Below, piece after piece: positions 1 to 13,434 of a stretch of 64,000 bases of DNA. Below the pieces are notes generated by a model. The model was not told the DNA's origin. It made no database searches and saw only the letters and a list, made by a program, of their open reading frames with translations. Source of the stretch: Hydrolagus affinis (taxonomy: Eukaryota); contig JAAILG010000851.1 of assembly GCA_012026655.1 (NCBI GenBank), positions 1-64,000 of the forward strand, read 5' to 3'. The stretch's first letter is position 1. The number at the start of each line of letters is the position of its first letter. Both the position numbers and the translations under genes were made by a program.

Positions 1-207
1 GCAGCCATATGCGCACAGCAGTGTCCCAAACACAGTCGTGGATTGAAATGACCAATTTTACTATTGTGGTTTTTTTTGGAGGGATTATTATTAGGCGTGT
101 GGAGTAAGGAAACTTGCCCAAGGTTTCACCCTGACCTGCCTGGATTCGAACACAGGTCTCCCCAGCTTGCAAGACAAGTGCTCTAACCATTGAGCCACAG
201 GAGCTCC
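1..207 (-). mobile_element. tRNA-derived SINE (family A: tRNA-Ala-like head, CORE-like segment, Deu-like 3' part), cut by window edge
   Basis: Minus strand reads GGAGCTCCTGTGGCTCAATGGTTAGAGCACTTGTCTTGCAAG...GTTCGAATCC (A and B boxes), then CCTTGGGCAAGTTTCCTTACTCCACACGCC; many similar copies in the window. Confidence 0.85.
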
Positions 208-489
208 ACAAGCTTGTTGTTGTTGCTGAATGTACAGATGCACAGAATCAAGCTCATCTGCGTCAACATGTCTACACTTGTGGCGTAGAAACGAGGCATG
301 AACAATTGGCTGAGGTGCTATCACCAACAGAACAAAACTCAGTACACGTCAGGACGATCAGGGAAGAAAAGAAAGGATATTAAGAAAATACATAACAATT
401 TTATAATACTTCATAAGACTTAGATTCTTCAAACATAGCAGGTCCTTCTGTAGTAGCTCCTGGTCGCTTCAGGATGATGTTGGTCTCTG

Positions 490-582
490 GCCCAAGCAAG
501 GCAGTGGCTTGTACAGTTATCTCCATCAACCGGGTGGTGTCACAAACCCTCAAACTGTACAAACAACTACCTCTGCATGGGC
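490..582 (-). ncRNA. MIRLET7G: let-7 family pre-miRNA (let-7g/let-7j type) in WDR82 intron 2; 5p arm 574-553, 3p arm 516-496
   Basis: Minus strand: AGAGGTAGTTGTTTGTACAGTT-TGAGGGTTTGTGACACCACCCGGTTGATGGAGATAA-CTGTACAAGCCACTGCCTTGC. Arms pair, the loop resembles the let-7g loop with GGAG, and let-7g is known to be intronic in WDR82. Confidence 0.95.
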
Positions 583-3370
583 ACAGGCAATAATATTCAG
601 ATGTCTGCTCATCCACATCACACAAGGAAAATGACTCATATCCAACTCAAAGACAAAACATCGTGGACAGATTTGATTGTTGGGTTTAATAATCAGTCAC
701 TTTGGATCACTAACAATGCTATAGCTGGGCTGAGTAAACAGCAAAACACCTCAGTCCTCAGTTCCGACAAGAAAAAACAGACTGTACTGCTTTATTATCA
801 GCCAACAATTCAATGTCATTCTGGGTTTCGTTCTAGAAAAAAAATCTTTCAAGGTCAAAATCAAAACACTTAGTTAATAGTAGAGAATGCCAAGATTTAG
901 CTCCCCCCCACCACCACTTTCTTCCTACTTTATTCACACCAAGATACAAAAGCTACGGTAATCTCGCACAAGCAGCTTCACTTACTGTGAGCTTACTTCA
1001 TCTGTTCCCACAGATTGGAACACAATCAGATCTGTTGATCACTCACTGTGAACTTCACAGTGAGCAAACAAGCAACCCAATCCTGTTCCCATCTGACATC
1101 CACATATGCAGATTTTCAGCAATAGTTCAAAGTGGTTAGGAATAGGAACCCAGGCTGATTTTCTTGCATTGTAATAGGGGGGTAAATCCAATTGAAATGT
1201 TCATAAAGCCTTCACTGGGTAAGGCCAACTAACTCTGTGTAGACCACTGAACAGTCCACAGTGCAATCCCCTCAAAGCACTAAATAGCTGCTCAATTACA
1301 ATTAAATTTGAATCTTTCACTACAAATATATATTTCCTAAGTAGATAATATGATAGAAATCAAAAACATAAATTTTTTAAGGATTCACTTGAGAATGTAA
1401 ATGCAGTCCCATCAATTTCTTATAAAAACCCATCTATGTATAACACATTTTACTGTTCCAATTTGCTGTGCAATAGAACTTGCATTGGTGCTCGTATTTC
1501 CCAACAGACCACAAGTGACATACTGTGTAAGGGTACTAATTCAATGGATACTCTAAATGTAGATTTTCTTTTAAATAGTTTTACTGTATTATGAACTACA
1601 GTAATTAATTCCATAGGAAGGCAGCCATTATGAATGAGGATATTTAAAAGGACTCTTATTCCTTACTTCCATTTTTTTTTAATATTGGCTCCTTGGGGTT
1701 TAGATTACAACATACTATTGCAATAATAAGTTAATTTTGCTCTATTAAGTATACACTTCATTTTTTTTATATTTACACAAAAAACTATACTGAGACTACA
1801 AATGCCTCATTTTTTTTGTAAGAGATTAATACGATCTTAGCAAACTCCCAAAACAATAAATTGAAATGTTTCCTCAGTGTGTACACACATCTACAATCCC
1901 ATCTACATTAGTTGATCTCTTATCATTATATTGCTACTATGTTTTTTGGTGAGAGAAATTGAACAAACAGGTAATCATATAGGTTATTAAAATATCAAAA
2001 TTACTTGACTCAAAAAAATCCCAAATGTTCATATGAAATTCCAAACAAATCCCATAGAATTTTACAGCACAAATGGAGGCCATTTAGCTCATCGAGTCTG
2101 TGACCTGTTACGCGGCACTCAACTGCTTGGTATGCTGCTGTAGATCATTATCCCAGAATGAGGAAGACAATCCCAGAAAAAGTATACTGATCCCATAAAA
2201 GCAAATTTATGGCTAAGATCAAAGAATAAGTACACACCTTGATTCAACATATAACATCAGAACTTAGTCTTAGTACAAAGTCTTAGAAATTAATATTCCC
2301 AAACACATTGGGAAATTGTAATAAGTTATTGAAAGGAACAATGTGGAAAGTATTTTACACTATAAATGCTTCCCAAAGAGCATAACTTCCCTTTAAGCAG
2401 CAATTACTAATGAAAACCAATGACTGCTAATAAAATTCACTGTACCAAATGACTTGGAAGAGTTACAAAGATGAATTAATATTATTAGAGATATGGTCAA
2501 TAACCTGGGATGTAGCAGTTTCACCCAAGTATATTAATTCATATTCCACAAATGGTTTGGCTCATTAATACCTCCATTCCAGCTTTTCAAATGATTTAAT
2601 TGGCTATCATCTTATTCAAACTAATAAACACAAAATATACACAAATGTATCCAATTTTTATTTTCTGACCCATTGATCTTTAAATATGGGAGTGGGGCAA
2701 AGAGGATCAGAAACATTATTAATTAGAGCCACGGACTGCACACTTGTGGTATTAAACTGAATAAACTAATAATAAGTCTCCTTCAACCACTATAGACTTC
2801 TAAAAGATTTCACTCAATTCTGTGAACTTACTAGATCCAACACTTGAGAAATGATTTAAACACTCGAAGACATATGAAGGGTGCTATATAATTGTAAGCT
2901 GTTTTTTAACACTCCGATTTCTAGATTTTGCAATTCCTATTCACTTATTACAAATGTTATATTAAATAATCTTCCCGCAATCCCACTACAGAAATATCTG
3001 AAAAGCGCTGCACAGTAATTACTGTTTAGTGTATTAATCATGTTTATAAGCAAATGTCACATAATTTGTGCATATCAACGTTCCACAAACCGGAGCTGAT
3101 TGACCAAATGTATCCGGAAGATTGGTGACCAAAACAGGTAAAATTCACTTCTCTTTTTGAATAGTAACAAGGGATCTTTAATGCCCACATTAACAGACAG
3201 ACACTTTTATTTGCCATATCATCTGAAAGCTGACAACTACCACAATAGGCATATGCTGACAACTACCACAATAGGCATATGCCTATTTTGCAAAACACAA
3301 AGGTATAATTCTTGAAAGGGTCAACATTTCCAAGGAACCAAAAAAAATCAGAATAGAAGTTAAAACTTAC

Positions 3371-3468
3371 CATCAATTTTGTTAGAACTGTAAACCACAG
3401 TATTTGCTGCATGTGTATATCTGATCAGGTCCACACCATACTTCTTACTGTAGAGTGTTCGCTTTGGT
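3371..3468 (-). CDS. WDR82: WDR82 coding exon 2 (98 nt): (K)[32 protein letters not shown]
   Basis: ttag acceptor and gtaagt donor; phase continues exon 1; peptide matches WDR82/Swd2. Later exons lie outside the window. Confidence 0.96.
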
Positions 3469-6400
3469 CTAACAGACAAAAAATATTTACATTCAATTAT
3501 TTTAAGTGACCAGGTAAAGGCGAAGTCCATAAGTCAAATGTAATCCTACTTGAACTAACAATGGAGACCTACTAGTTGACAGGAAGTCCATCTTCACAAG
3601 AGCTAAATTCAAGTGCATCTTAATACAGTACATGGCAGTGTTTGTTCTTGACTGTGTTCGGTGGTCCATCAAACCAATTAAGCACTGCTTTATACTGTAT
3701 ACTGTACTGTATTTCCATCATGGAAAACACATCAACACATCCTCCTCCATTCCTGAAAATTTACTTAATAATTCCACCACTATTCAAACATTCAAAACAT
3801 AAATGAACAATGAGCCACTGATTTAGCCACCCATGATGCTATCATATAGTTCTACTACTTTTAGTAAATAAAAGACCAACTTTCAAAATAATCTTACTTC
3901 GCACAAATTTTTTTTTTGAGTTTAACAAATAATCAAACATATCTTCTTTACCTATTGGAATCTTTGACCTTATGACATAGAAGTCAGTGAGTTTTTAATT
4001 ACAATTTTTTAAATGCTTAACTGTTGGAATAAATTTTCCTTGACTTGGAGGAAATTGAAAATTCCAAAACCTACTGTAGCAATTTTTACTGATTAAATTC
4101 AGAAATCAACAATTATACATTTGGGTCTTTTCCTGATCAGAGTAAACCGTAGTGAAAATAACAGATTTTAAAGTTCAGTACGTTGCTCAAGTAGAGAGAA
4201 CACACTTAATTCACCAGACAGGACATCTTCAAACCTCCCATTGACAATCTGTATAGCAGTACTGACAAAACCAGAGTATTTGTCCTGTCCATCCTCCAAG
4301 AATTAATTGGGTCAGCCAGATGTCTAATGCTTGTGAAAACCCATCACCATGCTCAAGGTATCCAAACCATTTGGCACCCACACATGGACTTTTTGTGCTT
4401 GTATGCTCCCCAGAGGGTTACATTGGTCATTTCAATCCACGACTGTTTGTGGGACACTGCTATGCGCAATTGGCTGCCACGTTTTGCCCACAATTGACAT
4501 TACAGAAGCATTTTGAGGCATCCAGATGTGAAAAGCGCTATAAACCAATTGATCAGTAAACAGCAGTGCCCTGAAGTACACTGTTTTTCACCCCATGTCA
4601 GGAACTGGACTACCGAAAACACCTTAGAGCAAGGTGGTCTGACCTTTTGGCTACTCAGGAATGAATGCCAGACTTGAGAAATGTCCTTGGGCCATATAAG
4701 CAATATTTTTGAGTTTCCTTTCCAGAAACATAACCCATAAAATTCATCTAGAAATCCTGTTTTAAATTGTGTAACTGTATAACTTAATTTCAGTATATTT
4801 AAATTATATTGCAAACTTTAGATAGGCAATGCAAAAATTCATGTAAAATTTAAAATACAGTCAGATGCGTTGGCTGTCTCTGTGTCTTTCTGTATCTTTC
4901 ACTATCTGTATGACTATCTCTCTCTGCATATGTATCTCACTTGCTGTATCTATGGGTATCTTTATATCTTTTGTTACTTGTTTAAAAGCGAATGACAGGT
5001 TTCACTGCTAACTTGTGCCTCATGCAACCGTTTTTCACGTCGAATCAGACCAAACCTGGGTTGTGGACACACAATCCAACTGAGTTGGCGGGCTGGAGGA
5101 AATCACCTTCCAAGTTGAATGCGGCCCACAAGCCACCAGTTGGGACCACACTGCTGCAGAAGATTGACTTGGTTCCAACATTCCATCACCAAGCATGTCA
5201 CCTTGGAGCTAGTTCAGCTCAAAGTAGATCCTGTTTGCCTTCCCAAAGTCGTCCTAGCTGAGGAAGTTATACGGTGCTCTTTAAAAGATTTTTCTACTTC
5301 TATTCCAAGCCAAACAGCACACAAGGTACTCAAATCAATACACTCATAACAACAAAATTACATTTGTATAGCATCTTTCAAGTAGAGGACGTCCCAAGGC
5401 ACTGAAATAATAATCCTTGCATTTAATATAACGCTTTTCACGTCTTCTATGCGTCTCAAAGCGCTTCACTGAATATAAAGTGAATTGACTATATGGATTG
5501 AAGTGACCAATTTTATATTTATTTTTCTTGAGAGATTATCATTAGGCATGTGGAGTAAGGAAACTTGCCCATCGGTCACTCCAAATTCCCCCTTTCTCTC
5601 CACCTTCCCTGTCCCCAGTTTGGGCCTGAAACAATCACTGTCCAGCGCCTCAAGACGTCCTCCTTAATGTGAAAGGTGCTATTCAAGTGTAATTTTGTTG
5701 TTGTTGCCAGGAATCAAACCCGGGTCTCTTGCTTGCAACACAAGGTACAGTACCTCAATTTTATAAATTAATAATAATTAATAATCAAGTTACAGTAGCC
5801 AAATTTTATGATAAGTGTACATTTATATTGAAAATATAATGGCTGTAATAAGTTCATGTTACCCAAGGCACAGTCCAATTTACCCAAATGTAAAAAATAT
5901 CCTTGTGCAGAGCAGTTGGTTTCCGAGGAAAGATTTAGCCGCCTGATCTGAGATTCATCTACTTTTGTACTGCACTCTCGTCCTTACATAACATTTTATA
6001 ATGTAAACGGATCGACCAAATGCCATTGACAATTCAAGAATCAGCTGATGTTACAAACAGACTTTTCACCTTAACTGCATTCTGATTTTTTTTTAAGATT
6101 ACAAAAGGACACAAATTTAGCATGACATTAAATTATTATTAATAAAGAAACGTGGTACTCTATCAAAAAAACGAACTAGTTTCAATAACACGGATTTCCA
6201 ATGCCGAGAAATCCAGAAACAATGGCTGCAAGTGCTCAATGCCAAGAGTAACTGAATAATACTTATAATATTTACATCACCCCCTTTAGAAATTCTCAAT
6301 CGCATGCATGCTGTACAGCATTGATACAGAAAGGGAACTTTCCAGCCATTATGTTTGACTGTTATAACACATCACGATTTTCAACAATCTGGAATTTTTT

Positions 6401-6797
6401 TTTAAATGGAGATGGTGTTTCTGTTGGAGGAAGAGGAAGAAAAGGAAATATTCCACTTCAACATTAGAACGAGGTGGAAGAATCTCCGATATTAGATTAC
6501 AGGGTAGGATTTTCCTAAATAAAATATATATTTTTTGCCCCACTTGTGTTTGGTGTAGTGGTCGTTTTTTTTATTTTGGCGCGGAAAGTAAATGTGTGCA
6601 GTCATACTGAAAAAAAATCACTGAATAAATTGCTGCAATCCGGTTATTTTTGTAGCTCTCCGGCCCTACCACGCCTTCCGGCCTTACTGAGAATGGAGGC
6701 TGAGGCTGTAGGCCTCCAAAGGAAGCGCGACTCTCTCGCCCGTTCCTTATTCATGTGGTGAAAATTGTTTAAAAACCCTCACACAATAAAGACTCAC

Positions 6798-6958
6798 TTC
6801 CCCTCCTGGCAGTCGTATAGTACGATGGAGTCATCGTCGCTGCTGGAAATGAGCGTCTCGCCGTTGGGGGAGAAGTCGAAGCAGTTGATTTTGTCGGTGT
6901 TTTCTCGGAACACCTTGGCCACTCGGAAACTGCGCAGCACGTTATCCGTCAGCTTCAT
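6798..6958 (-). CDS. WDR82: WDR82 coding exon 1 (161 nt): [54 protein letters not shown]; WD40 subunit of SET1/COMPASS and PNUTS-PP1
   Basis: ATG at 6958-6956, donor AA|gtgagt at 6797; near-identical to the vertebrate WDR82 N-terminus. Confidence 0.97.
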
Positions 6959-6959
6959 C

Positions 6960-7640
6960 TCCTCACGGCTTTCACTAACCGCCAACGGTGGTTATTTAGC
7001 GGGGATTAACTATGGTGATAAAGCGGTTTTGCGCGGGGGCAGAGTGGAGGCGCTCGCGCGCGCCGCAGTTCGTAACGACCCGGTGGGAAAATGGCCGCGC
7101 GCTGTTTATTTTGAACGCGAGCCGCCGCCGAGCTCTCCCCTTCACAGCGCAAGGCTGCCGCGCAATGCATTGTGGGACAGCTGCATGCGCTTGGCGGGAA
7201 ACGTTTTCCCCATGATGCCCCGCTCGCGTCAGTCAGTCGGTGGGAAGGAGGAGAAGTAGGGAAAGGGGTGAAAGTAGTGGAGGGTGGGAGGGCGGAAGCG
7301 AAGATGCGCATGCGCTCTGTACTCGGCGATTCAACGTTGCCGAGTTGGGCGGGTTCACGCCCGATTGGGCGTGTTTTCGCTGCGCTGTGGGTAGAAATGA
7401 AACGGCTTTGGGCAAGGGACCTAATTTTATTTAAATTTAAACCTCCACAACGATTTTTCCCTCTTTTTCTTTCAGTTTCAAAGAGCGTAACCTAAATTTC
7501 CCACCCATGTTATATTGGGCTACTTTGGGGCTAATATTTAACGGATTTTCGGCTACCAACATGATTACATTCCTGGCACTCCCTGTTGGGGCGCATGCGC
7601 CCTGCACTAGGTGAAGCCTCCCCGCCGCCATCTTAGGGCA
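6960..7640. promoter_or_regulatory. CpG-rich bidirectional promoter shared by WDR82 and GLYCTK
   Basis: High CpG density; NRF1-type GCGCATGCGC at ~7306 and 7591; ETS CGGAAG at ~7293; ZNF143-like TCCCACAATGCA (minus, ~7167-7178) and CCCATGATGC (~7209); inverted CCAAT at ~7364; YY1 CCGCCATCTT at 7625-7634. Confidence 0.85.
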
Positions 7641-7641
7641 G
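7560..7641 (+). other. GLYCTK: Probable non-coding exon 1 of GLYCTK (start uncertain)
   Basis: Donor CAG|GTAAAT at 7641/7642 at the edge of the CpG island; the first coding exon begins with an acceptor and so needs an upstream exon. Confidence 0.55.
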
Positions 7642-7844
7642 GTAAATTGGACTGAACGTTAATAGGAACCTTTCTGATTGTGAGAGAGGTGAAATGTGAG
7701 CTAGTGTGGTCTCGAACCTTTTCTGGTAACCCGCTGTTTAGAACTTGCCCGTTCTAAATGTTCTTCATAAACTTGTACATCTTTTTCTGGTGGCTTTAAT
7801 TAGTCTTAAGTTTACGAAGTGAGAGGACGTGGGTGATAGGCAGC

Positions 7845-8112
7845 CTTAGCACGTTTCCTTACTCCACACCCCTCTGTTTACCTAGTAAGAACTTGCTTGT
7901 TAGTCAATTGGTGGGTTGCTATTTTATTATTCCTTCCATATAAAATAATAATAATTTGGCTACTCAGTCCGTGACTGTTTCTGGGACGCTCCTGTACACA
8001 TTTTGTGGTTTTGCACACAATATACAATTACTCTGTGCAATATTCTGTGAAGCACTTTTGAGATGTCTCAATGATATAATACGGCTTAATATCAAATGCA
8101 AGGATTATTATT
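7845..8112 (+). mobile_element. SINE family A, 5'-truncated
   Basis: GTTTCCTTACTCCACACCCCTCTGTTTACCTAG ... ATCAAATGCAAGGATTATTATT tail. Confidence 0.75.
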
Positions 8113-9429
8113 GGTTTGAATAGTCAGCAGGGTTTAACTGGGTACGACAAGCTGTTTCCCCCCCACACCACCCCCAATTTGACTCCTGCTAACCCAACAA
8201 ACCGTAACCAAGGTTGGTCCTAGCTGGACAAGAAGCTTCCCAGACAATACATCCAGTGACAAACTGTGATTTTTAGCTGGTTAACTTCCAGGAGTCACTA
8301 ACAAATGCTCTGAGTCCCCAAGGCTCAGCAGTTGCCAACCTGCATCTGATGCTGTGTAGAATTTGGTGAGCAGTTTCATGCCATTGCAGACAAAGGGAAA
8401 TTTCCATGCAAATGTGGAACTCAGTAATTTGGTTTGGCTTCTCTTAATGATGGTGATGTTTTATCATCTATATGTTTTGCCAACAAAACATAGACAAGCC
8501 ACTTTATAGTATATCCCATGAAGCACTATTAAGATGTGTTGATGATGTGATAGGGAACTATATCAAATACAAGGGTTATTTTATTCTTTGTCAGACACCT
8601 AACTGAACAAAATAGGTTAATTCCTCTAATTAACCTTTTCTTTAATTAAGTTCCCTAACCCATTCAGCAGCTGAAATGCCTCCATATAAATGTCAAAACA
8701 ACAGTTAAGTAATTGGTTGCATTTAGAGATCCATTTTTGTCTGTCAAACTAAAGGCAAAACTATACTCATATTTGGCTGGACTGATAAATTGGCAGATCG
8801 CTTATCTGGGGGTAATACTTCAAAAATAAAATTGATTCCTTAAACCATTACTGTGTGGCAGTGCTTTGCGCTATTGGCTGTCGCGTTTACCCCACAAAAT
8901 ATACAGTGCACCGGTCAACTGACTTTACAGTGTATTCTGTGAAGTGCTTTGAGACGTCTCAAAGATGTGATATGATGTTATATCAAGGCATATTATTCAT
9001 TTAAAATGTAAAATTATTTTAAAAATTGGATTCCTATATTAACATGTGGTAAATACAGTTAAAAATTAGTTTCACTTTCTGAGCGTGAATATCTGGAAAG
9101 CAATCTGTATCCAGCTAATATTGGTAAAATCAGAACATCCTCTTATCTAAATGTTTTCAAGTAATATTTTATTAATAATCCTTGCAGTAAATATTGTGCT
9201 TTCACGATGGAGATTTTATTACGCAATATGGTACAGTGATTGGGTGAATTTAATTTTTTGTCAAGATGTGACAAAAATAGTAGTAATAAAACATCTACAG
9301 AAACTCTGGTGATCAGGGTTACATAATACCACCTTAATTCTTTTCACAACAATATTATAACATTATGATAGGGAGCACTAAACATCCTAATGAGGTATAA
9401 TTTATTGGAATATTATGACTTATTCTTTT

Positions 9430-9690
9430 TAATAATAATCCTCAAATTTCATATACAGTAGCACCATACCACATCATTGAGACATTTCAAAGCACTTCAC
9501 AGAATATATTGTACAGAGTTTATTGACTGTATTTTGTGGGTGAAACTCAGCAGCCAATTGCGTAGAGCAGTGTCCAACAAACAATCATGGAGAGAGTTAC
9601 CAAATTATATATTGTTTTGGTGAGGAGGGATTATTATCCCAGGAAAACAATGCACAAGTTGACTAATAACTGGGTTACAATTTACTGCTC
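9430..9690 (-). mobile_element. SINE family A fragment
   Basis: Plus strand shows AAGCACTTCACAGAATAT...CAGCCAATTGCGTAGAGCAGTGTCC, the reverse complement of the family 3' half. Confidence 0.7.
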
Positions 9691-10669
9691 AGTAATCAGG
9701 CTTATTTTAATTTTAAGCAGTAATGTTTGTAATGTACAAAAAAGTACCTTCATTTAAAGATGATTTAACAATGCATTTTAGAATCTTGCTCTCCAGAACT
9801 GAGCGAGGTGATCAACTGCTAAGAAATCTACACAAGTAACTGCCATCCTGGTACTGTTGCGCTTTCTTCTCGTGTTTTGATGCATGCAATTTGGCTTCAG
9901 GTTACATTTAAAGTGCTGGTGGAAAAGCACATTGCTGTGCTGGTATAATACGAAAAGTTACAGATCTCAGCTAAGTGACTTCATAGATAAGGAATCTCCC
10001 AGAAGAATCACAGCCCAACAATTCTTGCTTTTGAGGAACTCTATTTACCTACTGACTCGCTTTTGTTAGATTCTTTTGCGAAATAGTTATTTCAGGATTC
10101 CTATCACTTATTGAGTTTGCATGATAAATACATCAATAAGCAACTTTCTGGAACAGAGGTTTAAGGCATTGATAAGATGAACTAATACTGAAGTTCATTA
10201 AATTATAACCTTTGGAGGTTCCATTGTTGGTAAAAACAATGTCATGTTTTTGGGCCCCACTTAACATGATCAGATTTGACTGATGCTTCCCGATGTCATA
10301 ACCCCTGCTGACTGACATCCATTGTCTTGGGACTAGCGCATACAGAATAGTGCTAAGTGTGTGGCCTGTGGAAATAAAGGGTGTTGATGGACATTTTGAC
10401 TGCCAAAGCCAAAGGTCTGTTATAACTAGTTCCATTGTACCAGCACTTTCAGAAGTCCTGAAGTAAAAGGTGCCAATGTCAATTTTATTAATATAACACT
10501 GATCCTTTCACATCTCTTGTACATTCTATAATGCTTACATTTGATATTGCACATTATCACGTCTTCCCAACTTCTCAAGTGCTTCGAGGATATTCTTTAA
10601 AGTGATGTGATTGATTTTGTGAGCAATACAATATACAGTACAGTACCTACTTCTGACTCCCTAAATTGC

Positions 10670-11065
10670 ATCAGTGTGGTTCAGTTGGTACACATTCTCC
10701 TCTGAGTTGGAAGGTTGCGGATTCAAGCCCCAAGTCAGGAAATGGAACTCTAAAATAGTCTTAAGCTCACACTGCAAAGCAGTGCTGGGGTATGCGGTAT
10801 TTTCAGAGGTGATGTTCTTTGGATGAGATGTTAAAACCCAGACCGTCTGCCTGTCTAGGTGGATGCTAAAGATCCCATATCACTGTTCAAAAAGAGAAGG
10901 AAGTATTTCCAAGGATCCTGCCAACAATCCCCCAAATAAAATTGGTCACTCACTCTGGCTGTTTCTGGGACATTGCAATACGCAGATGGCTTCCCCGTTT
11001 CACAATCACATTTTTTTAAAAATTAAGAACTTCACTTTTACATGTAAAGTATATTGAAATGTTTA
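10670..11065 (+). mobile_element. tRNA-derived Deu-domain SINE (family B, SacSINE1/AmnSINE1-like)
   Basis: Degenerate A/B boxes (GTGGTTCAGTTGG...GGATTCAAGCCCC), then GGATGAGATGTTAAAACC...GGTGGATGCTAAAGATCCCAT typical of the Deu domain. Confidence 0.75.
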
Positions 11066-13434
11066 CACCCATAGGAGGGCGGCCCTTGTGATGTGATGTG
11101 GACATGCTCTCACCCAGATAATGTGCTGACCTATAATGAGGAGGAGGGAACAGTGCAGTGATAAAAATGACAGTACCCTGCACCCAGACCCACACAGCTG
11201 GGATTTTACATCAGTCTTGCTGCCAGACAAGGTAAATACACTTTGTGGTAATTCTAAATCTATCGGGCTAACATTGGAGTGGAACGCAAAGTGTGTGTGA
11301 GAGAAGTTTCAGAAAATGCAGAGAAGTTTTGATAGGGCTCTATGAGAGACACTGAAGCTGCAAATAAGAATCCATTCACTGTTGCTTGTTAATGATGAGC
11401 CAAATTGTTGCATTTAAGGTTTTAATTATAGAAACAACAGAGAATTTGCTTCAGTTGCCATTAAGTCAGTTGTTACTTAAAATTATTTTTGTTAAACAAA
11501 TGATTTGACCTGGTTTACTGTGTGTAAACTTGGGAAAGTTTGCTCAACTCATTTTAAAATGTTACCTACAAATAAACAACATTACCTCTATTAATAATTT
11601 ACAGTACAGTACTTTAGAAGTGGATCATCATTGACCTTCAGTGTCATCTATCACTAGTTACCTTGTAACTGCTGTAGCTGCTTCTCATCTATCACTAGTT
11701 ACCTTGAAACAGCGATGAATAAAGCAGATTAACAGTTAAATTAATTTTGGAAAATGGGTGGGATATTTAAACTTTTTGTTTTTCACGTTTCACGTTTTAT
11801 TCGCTGCTGTGCAAAATTGGCTGGCGCATTTCTGCCACAAAATATACAGATGTGAAAAGCACTATATCAAATGCAAGGATTATTTTTATTATTATTAGAG
11901 TCACAACAGTATAAATCCACTGAGCCCATATAAATAGCCTGTGTTCTTTCCTTCTACAAGTTGGCATGCTTATCTTCTATGGATGTAGAAGAGATTGTTT
12001 TACCCAATATAATTTCTTTACTGAATTGACAACCAATATGCTGGATATTATGGTAGAAGATCAGTAATAAATTCGCAGCCTGTGGCTTATAAAACTGGTT
12101 TGAATGCACAGATTGTATTCAACTCGGATGGCCTTAGCTGACTGTCAGCAAGCTACCTGTTTTATTAGTAATTAATTAATTCAGTATGTCAAGGAAAACG
12201 TGGTTGGCATATCTCCTCAGCATGGCCCCTGATATAGATTCCCTGCAGCATTGTGTGTAGACATCCATCCTTGATAGTGAGCTAATATGGAGCTACTCAT
12301 TACATTATGCATGATTATACAGTCAAATACAACACAGTTTATATTTAGATAATGCATTTCATGTCAGGATGGCTCCCAAGTGCCTTAAGCTGCTGTCTGG
12401 GCACCCGAGGTGGGGGAAAGGGAAGGATACTGAAACATGATTTGAAAGTGAGGAGTGAGAGGCTGAGTCAGAGGGACATTGGGGTGGAGTTCCAGAGAGA
12501 GAGGATAGAATACTCAAATGCTCGCCAACCAATGGTGGAGTGGATCGAGTGGGAGATGTGAAGCAAGTCATTGTTTGACTAAGTAGTCAGGCTTTGCCAC
12601 TGTTAAGCGCTCTGAGACACCACTCTGCATGGAGGACGCTACATAAATGCAAGTTGTTCCCTTCACCCTCCCCGATCCTGACCCCAGCTCAGGTCTGAAA
12701 CACAGACTGTCCAGCACCTTGGGACGTCCTCCCGACGTGAAAGATGCTATACAAATGTAATTTTATTGTTGTTGAATTGGGAAGTTTGAGAGGTGACATA
12801 TTGCTATCTTGAAGATCCTAAAGGGGCTAAACAATATAGATCATGACAGCCTGGTTCTTCATTGACAATATCTCAACAGGATTTACAACAACTTGGGCCT
12901 CGTACTCAGGCCCAAACTAAGTCACTTGCAATAGGATCACTGATCAGCACCAACAATTGCCTGTGTTTAGCACACTCCACATAGTACTGTATAATGTTTT
13001 CAAGCGCTTCATAAAAAGTGAAAGAGAAGCTGAGTAAGGGAGGAAGTGGAAAGGGGAAGTGAACATAGGTTTTTTTCCACGTGCTGGTCACCTCATAGTG
13101 TCCCACTGCTACACCAGGTGTGACGTCTGTAACTCGCAAATCATAGCTGGTGTGAGCACAGAGAACCGGCTCAGATGTGACACCTTGTTTAACCTGAAAC
13201 ACCATGTCCATGTTAAAATGGACATATGAAGTACAGGTGGGTCCCAGAGCCTGGCACCTGTGGAAGCATGTCCACAGTGGAAGGAAAAGGAATTAAAATG
13301 TTTTCAGGAGAAAAGGAGAGGGAAGAAAATTGGTGGAGTGAATAATACCTTTGATCCATATTAACATCTTACTTGTCGACATCTATTCTTCCTCAGGACG
13401 GGAGTGAGCGGACCTCAGCGATTCTATCATTAAG

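Noticed and set aside
130-207. tRNA-Ala-like sequence with A and B boxes (also at ~48710-48770 and ~57870-57930)
   Set aside because: No proper acceptor stem, and each runs straight into SINE body sequence; these are SINE heads, not tRNA genes
6765-7495. Several 100-164 aa ORFs over the WDR82/GLYCTK promoter
   Set aside because: Antisense or off-frame products of a GC-rich island; no recognisable protein features
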